Source: Paraglomus brasilianum
Lineage: Eukaryota
Reading direction: 5' to 3'
Length of the DNA: 64,000 nt
NCBI GenBank assembly: GCA_910592345.1
Contig: CAJVPI010000055.1
Location: 1-64,000, forward strand
The translations under genes were made by a program, and so were the position numbers. The first letter of the stretch is position 1. The number at the start of each line of letters is the position of its first letter. Of the stretch, positions 11,699 through 25,568 are shown one piece after another. The notes beneath the pieces were generated by a model, which made no database searches, was not told the origin of the DNA, and saw only the letters and a program-made list of their open reading frames with translations.

Positions 11699-13373
11699 AT
11701 GCTCATCGAATTCTTGAGAGATAGCTTTAATATAGATGGAGGCGCTGAATATCAGCCAATTGTTTCAAATACCAGTGCTAGCTCACAGCATTCAGGCGAA
11801 CAAGACAGAAATACCCCCGCGGATCGATATAAAATAGTCTATTGGATTTTTACTTTACAAGGAATATCAATATTATTGTCATGGAACGGTGCGCACTCTT
11901 TTAACGAACGATCCTTGGTTTCGAGATATTTTGCCTGATATTATTTGTGTCTATTGCAGCTTTCATTACCGCATCGGAATTCTTTTACAAGGAGTTTGAG
12001 GGTTCTCCGTTCAAGGACACTTTTCAAAACTACTTTTCAATCGTGTCTATGGTTGTCAATCTGATATGTCAGTCGCATGCTTTGTATCAAAAGACAACGG
12101 TGAGAAAATCAAATGAGATGTCTGAGACGCATGCAGAGCTTTACATCATCAAATAGAATCTTATAACACTCACCTCTTCCTCAGGTCAATTTAGCCAAAC
12201 TGGTGACAGTTACGTTACTGGTTAATGTAGTTGTGTATATATTAACTACGATCTCGACAAAAGTTCTGGACGAGTTTACGTCAACAAGCTACTTCTACTT
12301 TATCATTACTATGTTGATAATTATCGCAGCTTCTAATGCTTACTTGCAAAATGCTTTTTTTGGGCTGGCTTCCAGTTTTCCACCATTGTACATGCAGGCA
12401 GCGTTAAGGTAAGTAAAGCTGCGATTTTGTGGTCGAATCTATATCTATACTAACATATTACTTCACCCTTCCATACGCACAGTGGAGAAGGTAAATTGCG
12501 AATATATGCTCCTGCTAGAATCATATTTAATACTAACTGTATCACTTATTACAACCTATAGCGATCGTTGGAGTTGCTGTGTCAATCGTACAACTATTCA
12601 GTGCATGGGCTACGGAAAAAAGCGACTTACCGTCTGCAGACCTGCAGGAAGGTGCCTTTTATTATTTCCTAGCTGTATCTGGTACAGCGGTAATGGCCGC
12701 GGTATCGTTCATTGCTTTACGCCGAATGCGATTTTATCGGCATTATAGCCAACTTCCGACGGAACAAGCTTTACCGAATAATAGCACTAACAGCCCGTCA
12801 ATCTCTGGCACGTTCCGCTTAGTTCGCACCCACGCTTATGCGAACGCACTTGTCTTCCTTGTGACATTGGCACTTTTTCCATCGATTACCGCATCTATCA
12901 GATCCGTTTCTCAACGGGCTGAAAGCAAAGAGTCATCGCAAAATGACCTTTTTATACCTTTTCATTTTCTAATATTTAATGTGGGTGATTGGTTAGGCCG
13001 TGTATTGATAAGGGCTGATCAGGTGACATCCATAACGCCCAACTCATTACTGAAGTTCTCCTTACTTCGTTTCATATTTTTCCCGCTTTTTTTGATGTGT
13101 AACGTGGTTGTCGGATCAACCGATACAAGATTATTTCCATTGTTAATTTATAGCGACTTTTTGTACTTTTGTATATTATTTGCATTCGCTTTATCGAATG
13201 GATATTTGGGTTCACTGATTATGATGGCAGCTCCTCAGTATGTGGACGATGAGCGAAAGGGTGTAGTTGGAATGATTATGGTTATGGCGTTGTCTCTCGG
13301 GTTGACAGCGGGATCTTTGCTCTCTTTTCCATTGAAAGCAGCCAGTTGCCTATGTAATCCGTTCACGGTGTGA
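11699..13373 (+). CDS. FUN26: Equilibrative nucleoside transporter (SLC29/ENT); exons 11699-11888, 11960-12099, 12185-12408, 12483-12490, 12562-13373 (457 aa)
   Basis: ENT motifs LQGISILLSWNAFITASEFF, FPPLYMQAALSGEAIVGV, VFLVTLALFPSIT, FNVGDWLGR, FALSNGYLGSLIMMAAP; exon phases sum to 1374 nt. Confidence 0.92.
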
Positions 13374-13564
13374 TTTTTTATTTTCATTTTTGTGATATTA
13401 TTAATTCATCTATGATTTAGAGTTCATTTATCTCATGTTCTATGTAATTAGACAAGAATCAACGAATTAAAAGACCATCGTCTTGATTGTCCTGACACCG
13501 TTAACAACCTCATTGTCTGAATGTCTTTGTGCATATGTTGAATCTTGTATATATATAATATTAA

Positions 13565-14272
13565 CTAGGACAAAGAATGTTTGTGAAGAATATATGACGG
13601 ATTCTCGTCGTAATGATTCATAAGAATTTTGTCGGGCTCTGCTCCGTATTTCTTCAACAAATCCATCATGCGCCCATTATTTTTCTTAGCAGCCATTGCG
13701 AGCAATTCTCCATCCGCTGCAACTCCTTTTTCCAATAACAACTTTGCAATCTCATAGTTATTCAGGTTTACAATCAACGTGAGTGCTAGCTTGTCAATTT
13801 TCGCATTGTAATCTAGCAAAAGCTTGACCATTTTCGCATTTCCCTTTTGTATTGATTTAACCATCGGATAACCGTTTGGATAATCTGGTAAAGCACCTCT
13901 TTCCAAGAGTGTTTTGACCAAGTCATAATTACGCCCATCTCTATCGTCTTCCTTAAATAATCGAGTTGCCAGTGGGCGCTTTGTAAATAACAATTGTTTT
14001 GGCGGATTCCTTTTACCTGCTTTCAGAAGTCTTTGATAATTTGTTGCGTCAAGTTGTTGAAGAATAGTTACGTCGAAGAATCCCCACCTCTGGCCTTCTT
14101 CCAAGGCCCTTTGACAGTCATTCCCATGCCTTTGTAATAACCACTGTATTTTTAAACTTGGGTATGCATTGATTGCATCGCGAAACGTCCGACAAACCTT
14201 TACGAATCTAGGGTTGTCAGCAAGCAGGAATATTTGTTGAAGAAGTTCAAGCGGAAATTGGATGATGCTCAT
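13565..14272 (-). CDS. F-box-like plus ankyrin-repeat protein, single exon
   Basis: MSIIQFPLELLQQIFLLADNP.F.KVCR F-box-like start; ankyrin repeats YDLVKTLLERGA, KMVKLLLDYNA, YEIAKLLLEKGV, MMDLLKKYGAEP. Confidence 0.82.
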   Translation of the reverse strand: MSIIQFPLELLQQIFLLADNPRFVKVCRTFRDAINAYPSLKIQWLLQRHGNDCQRALEEGQRWGFFDVTILQQLDATNYQRLLKAGKRNPPKQLLFTKRPLATRLFKEDDRDGRNYDLVKTLLERGALPDYPNGYPMVKSIQKGNAKMVKLLLDYNAKIDKLALTLIVNLNNYEIAKLLLEKGVAADGELLAMAAKKNNGRMMDLLKKYGAEPDKILMNHYDENPSYILHKHSLS

Positions 14273-14433
14273 GATAAAAGATGAATCGCTCCATCTATTT
14301 TTCCTTTCCCTTAAAAATAAAAATTGCGCCATTCATTGTGTTACAACGTGATGAATCCAGTATCCAATTCGAGGAATATTCATACAGAATGCATAGATTA
14401 AGGGCATCCATTGTTGTTACGTCTCCGTCTGAT

Positions 14434-14479
14434 TATTATTATTATTATTATTGTTATTATTATTATTATTATTATTATG
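14434..14479. repeat. (TAT)n microsatellite between the divergent F-box-ankyrin and HSBP1 genes
   Basis: About 15 TAT/ATT units with one TGT interruption. Confidence 0.9.
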
Positions 14480-14621
14480 CAGCAATGCCGCACAATACCG
14501 TGCTTAATATGAAACTAAACTTTTTTGGCCGACACTGTTGGTTTGGATTGGCCAAACCATTTACTGATCGGCAAGCTTGAACATTAAGTTAGTTCTTAAG
14601 ATTTTCTGAATAACAATATCC

Positions 14622-15194
14622 ATGACTTCTGCACCACCACCACCACCACCACCACCACCACCTCCCCCTCCCCCACCATCATCTCAGCCTGCTCGTCATG
14701 ACTCTGCAAGTACGTCATCTTTGACGATAGCGCCAAACGAAATACAGACACCTCAGGAGCTTACTGCCTACGTAAGTAATCAGGCTGCGATTCTGAAAAT
14801 GTGTCTAAAGGAAAACCTTAATTCACTAAAATGCAATTGAATGTTAACAGGTGGAGACAGTGCTACAACAACTTGTACGTATTGTGAATATTAAAAGTAC
14901 TATGTTTTCGCTTTAAAAAGACAGTCTGACGGATAGTACACAAGTTGGTTAACAACATGCCAATGTAGGAAAGCAAATTCGGCGATTTGTCAACGCAACT
15001 AGTGACAAAAAGTAATGTATACATGTCCTTCATATGTTTAGAAAATATAAAGCTGTAGCTCATTTAAATGGCAAAATACTTTTCCTACAGTGGACGATAT
15101 GGGTGATCGGTTAGACTCTCTGGAAAGATCAATTGGCAAACTCATTGAACAGGCTGTTGACGAAGTCGAGGAGGAAAAGACAAATGAAGATTAA
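14622..15194 (+). CDS. HSBP1: Heat shock factor binding protein 1; exons 14622-14771, 14851-14874, 14969-15011, 15091-15194
   Basis: Spliced product ...TPQELTAYVETVLQQLESKFGDLSTQLVTKMDDMGDRLDSLERSIGKLIEQA matches the HSBP1 consensus; three GT-AG introns with consistent phases; N-terminal poly-Pro. Confidence 0.88.
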
Positions 15195-15487
15195 TTACCA
15201 TTATATTAGAAATTACTCCGTAATAATAACAGATAATCTGATTTAATTGACTAGAATTGATTTTTCCCACAATGCGGGACAGCAAATACATGTATAACAG
15301 ATATTCTTATCTAAAGATGAATCCCATAACAATACGCGATTAGAGCAAATTGTCAATGTCTTCCGCAAATATGGCTGCAGTATGTTTAATTAATTTAAAG
15401 CGTGCTATATGCGATCCTTATTTCTGAGAAATCTAATATGAACTTGATACCTTAGGATACATTACAATCTACATAGGCTAGATTTAT

Positions 15488-18400
15488 CTAAATATTCCAG
15501 AACAACACGCCCGGTTCTCCCGGGACAGCAGCTTCTACAGCCCGTCTTTCTTCATCGTTCTCTACGTCATCTGCGTTTAGAATATCAATTCTTTCATAAC
15601 CCAACGCACGCTTGAAAAATTCACGTGCATTAACGAGGGTTTCTTGTTCATTGAACAGTAAAGTACGATTAAACACTATTGGACCAAATTTCTCGACTCG
15701 CTTCTTAAAATCTTGTACAAATGGCATCGTTTTCTTGTTCTTTAGAATTCCCTTTTCCGTCAAAGCGACCCGTATGGAAACATCATCAAATGTTTTCGCA
15801 GACTAAGAACGATATATCGATATAAGAAGAAATTCTTGTAAACCCAACTTGCTCTGAAGCAGTTATTAAGTTACCTCGTTATAATGAGCTTTGACAGCCT
15901 CAACAGCTATATCTTGCCATGCCGGGAATCTCGTTGCGACAAATAGTTTGAGAGCTTTGGGTTTTGTCGGGTCAAAGTTTGCTATTCCTTGTTTTCCTTT
16001 CTGCTTCTTCTTCTGTGAACTTATTTCTACATCTCGTATAGATTTCACCATCTTGCGAATATATTCTATGGCTACCAATAATGCTTCATCGATAGGTGTA
16101 AACGGTGTTGGAAAACTGGCATCCACTATTAAGTCAGGCTTTGTGATGGGAGACAAATAATTTTAAGTTTCATAATCGGCGTGTCTATCTTTTCCCTTCA
16201 CAAGTCGCTTGAATAAACATACCTTTCCTAGCAGTTTTTGCCAAACATATTCGCACCAATGAGGCGCTATTGGCGCCAAAAGAAGAGCCTGTACCTCTAT
16301 CCACCGCAGAATCAAATCTCGATGCATCCCCTCTTGAACTGTAGCCTCTCGATACCAGTCACGTGTTGATTGAAGTTCGTAGAAACCATGTTTAAGCGCT
16401 TCTCGATACATTGCGCTACATTTAAAAATTAGTGGCTGTTTAAACACAAGCTATTTTGATAAGACAATATGCATCACGAAAATTAAGTAGACTCAACTCA
16501 TTATAAGCGTTATTTGTCAGTTCAATCAAATGGTTGATTTCGTTCTCAAAGACGCGATCATTGAAACTACTAGTAGAACCCGTACGAAGAGAGTCTTTGT
16601 TTCTGATTTGTTCCTGGAGGATAACAGGGTTTGATATTCAATGTAAAGAATAAGTTTAAAATTTTCCAACCAAATCTCAATTGATAATGAGGAGCCTACC
16701 TCACACCACTCTTTCAAGGTAAAAAGTCGCAGAATGGCCGCGTTGGCTGTAGACTCTTCAAAGTTAGCATCTTCTATTGCATCACCAGCATCCGCAAGAG
16801 CAACTCGTGTCGCGTCAGCCCCAAACTTGTGGACTGCATCAGCGCCCGTCATAAAATTTCCGGTGCTCTTACTCATCTTTTCTCGATTTAGCTGCAGATG
16901 ACCGTTTGCCCTTACACCACGTGGCCATAGATTTTGGGGGAACAATGCAACGTGGTTGTACAAGAAGAAGGTCAAATGGTTAGGAATAAGATCTTTCCCG
17001 GAAACACGCAGGTCCAGTGGATAGAAATATTTAAATTCGCGTCTCATTGTTTGGAGCTTTTCTATTGGAACGGACGAGTCTAATGGTTCGGGTCCATCAC
17101 AGAAAATATAATCCCAGACTTGATCAATCATTTCTTCTGCTTTGATTCCAAGAGTTCCCGGTTTTGAACCGTCAAGAGTACCACCTATTAACAGCACAAT
17201 TAATTAGATAATGCTAATGCCAAACAATGCACTTGGTGCACTACATACCATGCAATAAATGAGCCACGGTATAGTAGGCCATGTAAATTGTAGAATCTGA
17301 TAGACTTTCGACGAGGTATTGCTCATCCCATGGCAATCTAGTTCCAAGACCATAGGACCGAGCACAAGCCCACTGGTTCAGCCAGTCCAGGGTCCTTTCG
17401 AATTGATGTCGTGTTTCATTGCCGAAAGTATTCAGTCTAGAAAGACAATTTTCCGTTTGTTGCCGCCAATTTTCTTCACCGTAATCCAAATACCATTGAT
17501 CACACAAGGCCACAACGCATTCGTCTCCAGATCTTGACATTACAAGGTTCTCTGGTTCATCATAGACAAACGCTTCGTTGGTCGAGATCATTAGATCTTT
17601 GATCAATGGCTTCGCTTCTTGTACTGATTTGCCTTTGAAATCGCCCACTTTCATGAGACCACTATAAAACCCTTCTTTATATACCATTTCTTTTGCTTCT
17701 GCCAATTGTACACGATCCTTCTGTGAGTTAATCTTCTTTAGTTTACAAACAGTTGGAGCAGCCAAGTCTCCGAACGTTGGTGTATCTATAATAGGGACGG
17801 GTTCGTATCCCGAAACCCAAGATGGATCAATATTATAATAGGACGGTTTCTTTATCAAATCTTGAAGCGTTATGTAATCATCTGGTGAGTCTGATGGGAC
17901 AGATGTGACTACTCCCGTGCCCTTGGTTGGAAGTACGTTCTCCATCGGCAAGACGTATACAAATTTGTATTTGCTAAGAGGCGCTTTGACTTTGGTGCCA
18001 ATTAGAGGAGATCCTTTGATTTCAAATAACTGTGAGACCACGCCATGTTCCATAGATAAACCCTGAAAGGCCATATTACGTGCGGCGCGATATGTACATA
18101 CGAACACATCGGATTCATTGATCTGGAAAAGACCATATTTAACTTCTGTCCCAACGTAGCAATTAGTTTGTCCATACCTATTAAAAATTTGGCATTAGAA
18201 CTGAATTCCACATTAAAACTTGACGCCTTCTTTGCTGTACACTTACATAGTTTCAGGTCTTAAAGTAGCAGCAACTAGAAACACGTTTTTCCCTTCAAGA
18301 GCCCCTACGCCTTCTAAAGCTGCCTTTGCCTTCTCACTCCACTCTAACACTCTCAGTTTGATTCCTGTGTATTCCTGTGGGCCTACTCCTTCTCCACTTT

Positions 18401-19423
18401 GTCTGTCATGATCCATACATGGTTGACCGTCCAATGGAGAATAAATAGTATATCTCTCGCCAAACTTTATTTTATTGAGGGCCTTTAATTTTCTCATTTG
18501 CCAACGAACGAAAGAATCGTAATAAGGGTTTACATCCGTTGTTATAAACGATCTGCGCCAATCGATCTTAGCTCCGATAGCCTTGCAATCTTTCTACACA
18601 AGGTTACTACAAGATCAGATTGAAAGGCAGACAGCAAGCAGGAATAATTGGCAAGTTACAAAAAAGAAATAGAGTTAACTGACAATGGCCAAAGGAGGGA
18701 AATACGTCAACCAGTAATCAGCGTCAGCAAACTTGGCAATTTCGTTGATGGGGACACCAGAACTCTGCATTATCTGGAATTGATATTTTTCTCCGGTTGA
18801 TTTTGCAGCTACCTTGCTTTTCTTCTGCGGTGTCTTTGTAGAATCTTTTGAATTACTAGACTTGTTCGCGTCGGTCAGAGTGAGATCCTTCATTACTTCG
18901 TCAAGATCGTCCTTTTTCGGCTTTGGTAATTGGAAATTGGGTCCGAATTGATCGAGTTCTCGGGATAATTTGTCTGCACATGCCTTGTTAGAAGATGTGT
19001 GTCAGCTGCAAGCAGTTGACAATATTACAGTAGTCATGTCGTAAAATTCGATCTAGAAGAAAATCGATAAATCACGTAAATTCTGACCTTGATCGGCATG
19101 CCCGTGCAATGAAATCCCAAAGGAAATAAAGCTTTCTTCCCTCTCATCCTTTCATATCCTGCGGCAAATTCAACCTTTGTTATTGTGAAGAAATGGCCGA
19201 GATGCAGTCTCCCGTTCATATAAGGATATGGAAAAGTTCCCATGAACTTTGGATAAAGTGTATGAATATCATTATCGTTAGGAACCTCTGCGGTTGTTGG
19301 GGCGTCTACTTCAAAAGGTTTGTGTTGCTCCCAGATCAGCTGTATTTCGTGCTCAATTGCACACAAGGCGTCACGTTTTGCAGTTTTCTTTGGTTCTTCA
19401 GTAGGCTTGCTCTGGGACGACAT
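15488..19423 (-). CDS. CDC60: Cytosolic leucyl-tRNA synthetase, 9 exons
   Basis: [14 protein letters not shown] (HIGH), KMSKS, editing-domain motifs AATLRPETM and [51 protein letters not shown]; eight GT-AG introns. Confidence 0.97.
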
Positions 19424-20347
19424 GCTGGAGAAAGAACACGACGTAGTAAGTTTTTTTGTCAAATAAGATGGTGTTCTGAACGGCATTTCCTAATTAATAA
19501 TTTTTAAAATGTAGTACAAAGTAGACATTCAAGTATTAGATATTCAGTTTATGTCAAATAGAGCCAGAAATGCCTGAGAAAGATACATCAAGTGTATCAA
19601 TAACTTTTTTATGAATGTAATTCCTAATTGACAATTTACTAATCATAACAGTCTATTCTCACGTTTCATTTATCGTATAATGATCGCCAAGGTTACCATT
19701 CTATCGGCCTCGTCTAAGCATCACGAACTAAATAAATAAAATACTGTACATAATAAACACTTTAACCGCCATAGATAAAGGCCCAAAGTAAACAACTTAA
19801 AAAATTAAGCGTAATGTCAATATATAAATCAATTCTAATAAACATTTACAATAATGCATTATAATATATATCTATGCCTATCGAAATCATGTTTCTGACA
19901 CGATTATTATTGCTAATTAAGATAACCAACATACTCTTGTCAATAGTAATAGCGAAATGACAGTATTTCCCCGTATTGCGACATTTGGGATATCGCATAG
20001 TCGGATTTCGCATAACGTTTATCAAATACTAAACTTTATGTATTGCACCCGCCTATCCAGATTCTCATTAGTATTTATTTACGTGGGCATCGTCATAGGC
20101 AGTTCCCAAAATTATATTTAAAGTAATAATCTTACCTATTTGCTCAAACGGAAGAATTGTCCAGTCTAGCTAACTTATTACCTGTTAGGTAAGATTTAAC
20201 AATGTAGGATTATCACGTGACGAGATGCGGACAATAAGAAACAAATAAACATACTATTACTATTACTATACAGTATAACAAACGACATGATTCATGAAAT
20301 ACCTTCGTTCATGTTCACAATCTTTTTCCTGTTCTTGCTGATCACTT

Positions 20348-20861
20348 CTATTTCCTCCCCCGACCAGCATCGCTGAACGCAATGGTCTTTACAATCCCAC
20401 CCAGATCTTTCCTCAATGCATCGACTTCCTCCCCCAGTTCATTCAATCGGTCTCCTGCTTTCAGCAGTGTTGTATTAATTTGGATAAAATTATTGGTCAA
20501 TGCGGAAACTCTGGAAAGGCCTTGTGATGAGGATGCTTGATCAGTCTTTAATGCCGACAGAAAAGCGAGATCGGATGCCTCTTCTAAAAAAAGGGAAGGA
20601 AGTGAAAGAGATAGCTGAGATACTATTATGAAACGAAAGAGAGATAGCCCTGTTGAGACATGGAATATTTGCATTACTGGTTTCAGGAGATTCATGAGTC
20701 TCTTCCGCTTCATCGCCATTTAGAATTTCAAGTACGTCTACTTTATTTTCTTCATTATCAGTTGAATGATTATAAGTTTGAAGAGCTTTTAAGTCTGATA
20801 AAATTTCTTGGAAGGTTAAAGGAACTGGAGGGAATAGTGCTGATGATTTCTTCCTGAACAT
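20348..20861 (-). CDS. Small coiled-coil protein (139 aa), possibly UPF0449/C19orf25-like; exons 20861-20678, 20583-20348
   Basis: Phase-1 GTAATG...TTTTAG intron joins two ORFs into 420 nt; N-terminal KK...PP.P.T.QEILSDL and C-terminal FIQIN..L..AGDRL heptads resemble UPF0449. Confidence 0.65.
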
Positions 20862-20934
20862 TGGCTACGAATTAATCTTTTTGTGTGTGAAGGAGTGTGG
20901 CGGTAAAACTGTTAACATTAGTATTAGTGACTGA

Positions 20935-21374
<440 letters not shown>

Positions 21375-21559
21375 CAATGTAAAAATACATTAGTTTATCC
21401 GATTATGCTTTCTCTTTTATTCGTTTTCATGTCTTTTGTGTAATAATAATTTTAAATTTTTTCGCCATGTACAAGGTCAACACCGTTAATCCGAAGGCGC
21501 TTGTGCAGCAACTTTTCTTTGTATTATTAGTAAATACTCCGGGTTCACATGATATTTAT

Positions 21560-22860
21560 ATTAATATAATCTTTGTTCAGACTAACTGATAAAAAAACTT
21601 GTTATTTCAGATTGCTCCTTAGAGTCGATGATTGATTTACATATTCATTGATTTAACTCATATATGAAACTATCGCTAATGCCGATGTCCATCTCTTCTT
21701 GCATTATAATTTCGTGTGTCCTTTATTAAGCACAGCTAAGGTGGCCTCTAGAGCTGCTTTTTTCACATCAAAAATATTACATGTTTGAGCTTAATAGGAT
21801 ATCTAAAAAGTTTCATTACACTGGGGAACAGGTGAGTGTCTTCTTGCATTATAAAAGCCGTTAATTTGTCAATTGATCCCACAGAATCCGCAGCCGCTAT
21901 TTTTATGCTTTTGTGAATTTTCGCATTCTTCCACACATTTAGCTCAAGTCTGGTAATAGTAACTATATCCAAATGTTTTCGACTGACCAATTGTTCGATT
22001 TGATGAACGATTATCTCACCGTCATTCAATTTATCCTCAATTGCATCGTCCCAATCACTTTTCGAAAATTTTAGCTCAAGTCTGGTAATAGTAACTATAT
22101 CCAAATATTAACTCGCGTTTTCGACTGACCAATTGTTCGATTTGATGAACGATTATGCATCGTCCCAATCACTTTTCAAAATTTTTAGCTCAAGTCTGGT
22201 AATAGTAACTATATCCAAATATTAACGCGCGTTTTCGACTGATCAATTGTTCGATTCGTTTGTTAATTTATGTTGACGTAGTCGTTAGCCGATAAGGCAA
22301 TTCCAGGGATCAAGACGTTCAGTTCAATCAAATGTTGAATCGTATCTTCGTCATTATTGTCATCATCAGATGGTATATCGAGAAAGTTATCAATACTGTC
22401 GGAACTTTGGTATAATGCCTGCCTTCGACCAACATGAAGCTTCTGCCGTGAAGCGCATTGCATCAATTTTCGTCATATGCATTGACTCGCCTTATAATAA
22501 TTCCTGCGTCACAAGGCTGCGTTGTGGTGTGACGCATGCTTTTTGCATATCTCGGTTGAGTTCGAAAGCGAAGATAATTGTGCATGCCATAACGCTTTTT
22601 AAATCTATCGAACCAACCGTTCGATCCCTTAAAATTCTGCGCCATGCAAGTGTCTCTGCTTTTTTAATGACGGTATATCCAGAATTGCCGTCGACCACTT
22701 GGTCGATCCAAAGAGCCAATGCTTGGTCGATCCGATGGCCTTTCTCGCGGTATAATCGTTGGCTGCAACGCTCTGAAGACCGAATCTTGTTCTTATTCTG
22801 CATATCATTATCAATCACATGACATGTACCCAATTTGATCGAATTAATTGTTCGAATTCA
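21560..22860 (-). mobile_element. Decayed pogo/Tigger-like DNA transposon (CENP-B-type HTH region and acidic C-terminal remnants)
   Basis: RIDQALALWIDQV...VIKKAETLA and FKGSNGWFDRFKKRYGMH in adjacent frames, with stops and frameshifts. Confidence 0.7.
21939..22256. repeat. Imperfect tandem triplication, units about 132, 114 and 72 (partial) bp
   Basis: ttagctcaagtctggtaatagtaactatatccaaat...gttttcgactga(c/t)caattgttcgatt starts at 21939, 22071 and 22185. Confidence 0.9.
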
Positions 22861-22865
22861 TCCCA

Positions 22866-23803
22866 TGCATCTTCGGATATATATTTTTTAGCAGCATATT
22901 CTGCTAATACTAATTATAATTTACAAATCCGTATATCGCCACGTTTTTCGCGCAAATCTACGAATGGTTACTGAATTGAGAGCACGAGGAACTGTTTCTT
23001 GTAATCCACTCCATGTGTAATTACAATAAATTGCCGTATATTTGCTTTTAGGACTTTTCGCTGAACGCTTTTGACATTTGTTGGCGCCAGATGTAGAAAA
23101 TATTGGTTGGCTGACGAAATCCATCTTAAATTGTACAAAGGCAAGAATATTTCATAAATGTGATATAAGTATGTTGATGTAGACAAGCACCTCGTTGTGA
23201 ATGAAAGTTTCTCGCGATAGTTAATGTAGACAAACATAATTGGTTTAAAAACGGACAACAGTGGCTTAGTATTAGAATAAATTAGCAGAAATAAAAACTA
23301 GTTGGCAAAAAGGAGAGAAAGTTATCCTGCAAGGAATTTTCAGTGCTCAAGTATGTCGCACCCCAACTCGAAAAGTTAAAAATCCCCAAACCGGTCAACC
23401 GATTTTACTATTACTTTATATGCTAACAGTAAATTCGGAATTAGTATTTCCAATTGACTAAATTGTATGATTCAGAAAAGGATCGGTTTAAAGTGGTTAA
23501 CAGGGTTTGGTTTAACGGGTATGTCTATACGAAACAAATTATACATTCCAAGATGTCAATGCGCTGCTCTTACGGGATGTCAAAACTTGGAAACAGGTCA
23601 AGGTACTTTCTGTTTGGTTTACAATCACTGGCTCCTATAGAAAGTCGATAGAGTGGATTACAAGAAACAGTTCCTCGTGCTCTCAATTCTGTTAATTTAG
23701 TAACCATTCATAGATTTACGCGAAAAACGTGGCGATATACGGATTTGTACAGACTTGTAACTTAGCAGAATATGCTGCTAAAAAATATATATCCGAAGAT
23801 GCA
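22866..23803. mobile_element. Inverted pair of ~150-bp IS630/Tc1-like transposase 3' fragments (22866-23010 minus; 23651-23803 plus)
   Basis: gagtggattacaagaaacagttcctcgtgctctcaattc...gcgaaaaacgtggcgatatacggatttgta...ttagcagaatatgctgctaaaaaatatatatccgaagatgca present in both orientations; translates GLQETVPRALNSV..TIRRFARKTWRYTDLY...LAEYAAKKY. Confidence 0.7.
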
Positions 23804-24130
23804 ATATGAATTCTCAACACGAACTAAAGGCAATTGTCCTACAACTTGAAGAGGTAAACCTGCAAAGAGGAATCTAATCGAAAACAATCAACGGTCCTGA
23901 AGAGTATTAATTGTAATAAAAGCACAACTTTTGTCATTCGGACCACCGATACTTCCCAATAGGATAACATATCTTTCAAAACTACTAATCATTATTGGAT
24001 AGCAGAACATGGCTTGAACAATTAATTCTGGGATATAGAGCAGCATAAGAGGGGGGCTATGGTCCAAACATTCAGAGCCGGAAACTTACTTAATGCCTGA
24101 ATGCACGACGGGTAACCGTAAGCTGTGATT

Positions 24131-25568
24131 TCATTGATCAGCTATTGTCTTTAACAATTTTGGCCTTGCTTCATCCCAAGGACCGTGTATTTCACTATAA
24201 TGCGAAAGAAAACTTGTAATCAATCTTGTTTCTACGGACGCTTTGTAAATAGACTCGCACACTTACTTTTTGTATTTTTGTACCCAAATTAGCCAGAACG
24301 GACATACGAACGTGATGAACGCAATGCCCGATATGTATAATATTACCATTGTCTTTGATATACTCAAAAAGAGAACAGTTGCGACCATGAACAAGATACA
24401 CGTGAGTATGACATTAAAATTTGCTGACAGCGTCTAAAGACGGTACCGCGCAAACGAGAAGATATTTAGTCGGGTGTATTATGCTCAACTTCCCCACTAC
24501 CCGCACTCTCGTGGTTTTTTGACATTACCCTCGTATATCTTCTAAATATTGGAAACAATGCAAACCACTCTACTGCAAATGACATCAATCCAAACACGTG
24601 TAAATTAGAAGGAAGTCTAGATGCCAAAAGTACAGAGGCAAATATTGCCGCATTAACAGAGACCGATCCAGGAAATCTAATAAAACCAAGAGAAGCATAT
24701 TAATAGCTGGTAAACGATCTTTGCAAGCCCGTGTTTATTTCATTATACCTGATATTTGTTCGATTTCCCGAACCATAGTCATGAAAAAGCATATTTGTAA
24801 GAAACAGTATCACAGTCAGTGCCCATATAGTATCACTGCTTGTATCCTTTGTGAGTGTCTTTAATATGGGAGATAGTCCGAGAAGCGTTGCAAAAAAGAG
24901 TACTGCTCCTTTCGCTGTCTTTTTTTCTACAAGAAATCCAACATGCCAGTTATTATTCTACTCAACGGGTCATGAGGGAAAACCAAACACAACGCTCTCC
25001 TTATTATATTACTAACGTTTATATTCGTAGGATGGATCTGTCTTTCGTATACTCAAAGCCCAGATTATGTATCCAATGGCGGTAAGAATAGTTCCAGTAG
25101 CAATGAGCTTTTCGGCCGAAAGCATGTCGAAATACAAGTATATGAAGACTGCAACAAAGATTATTATACTGCTTATGTGCTGCGAAATTACTCCCGATTC
25201 CATTACCACTTCCCAATAATCATACGCTCTGACGTTCACTAAAATTTAGAGTTATTAAAACGTTTCAACAGACTTTCTCTCTCGCTGTTCCTATGATTAT
25301 TGTTAATTTATATCTCTCACCGTTCTTCCGCAACTCGTGGAGAAAAGTACTGTCTACATAATCATCAGGATAATCTTGTTTCACCCATAGAAGCTTCTTC
25401 CATGGGGGGGGCTTCTCTGTTGATGATTGAGATGAATCCTATTTGAACATTTATTTCTCAGTTGAACAAGATTTGGTTCGCCAACTTTGTAAATAATTCA
25501 GTCAAGCTAACATGCTTACCCAATCCTTTTTAGTATCTGAATCTTTACAATCAACGCGATGACAACTC
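24131..25568 (-). CDS. GPI2: GPI-GlcNAc transferase subunit C (PIG-C/Gpi2), at least 7 exons; start exon not resolved
   Basis: PWKKLLWVKQDYPDDYVDSTFL.ELRKN, LSPILKTLTKDTSSDTIWA, SVNAAIFASVLLASRL, QKYKNEIHGPWDEARP; stop at 24131-24133. Confidence 0.92.

Noticed and set aside
15400..15470. CTGAGA...GAACTTGAT, TPP-riboswitch-like words
   Set aside because: No P5 stem with TAAT loop or closing GCG; lies in the convergent 3' region of HSBP1 and LeuRS
21939..22256. Repeat-spacer-like periodicity suggesting CRISPR
   Set aside because: Inter-repeat segments are themselves duplicated; eukaryotic context, no cas genes; simple tandem triplication
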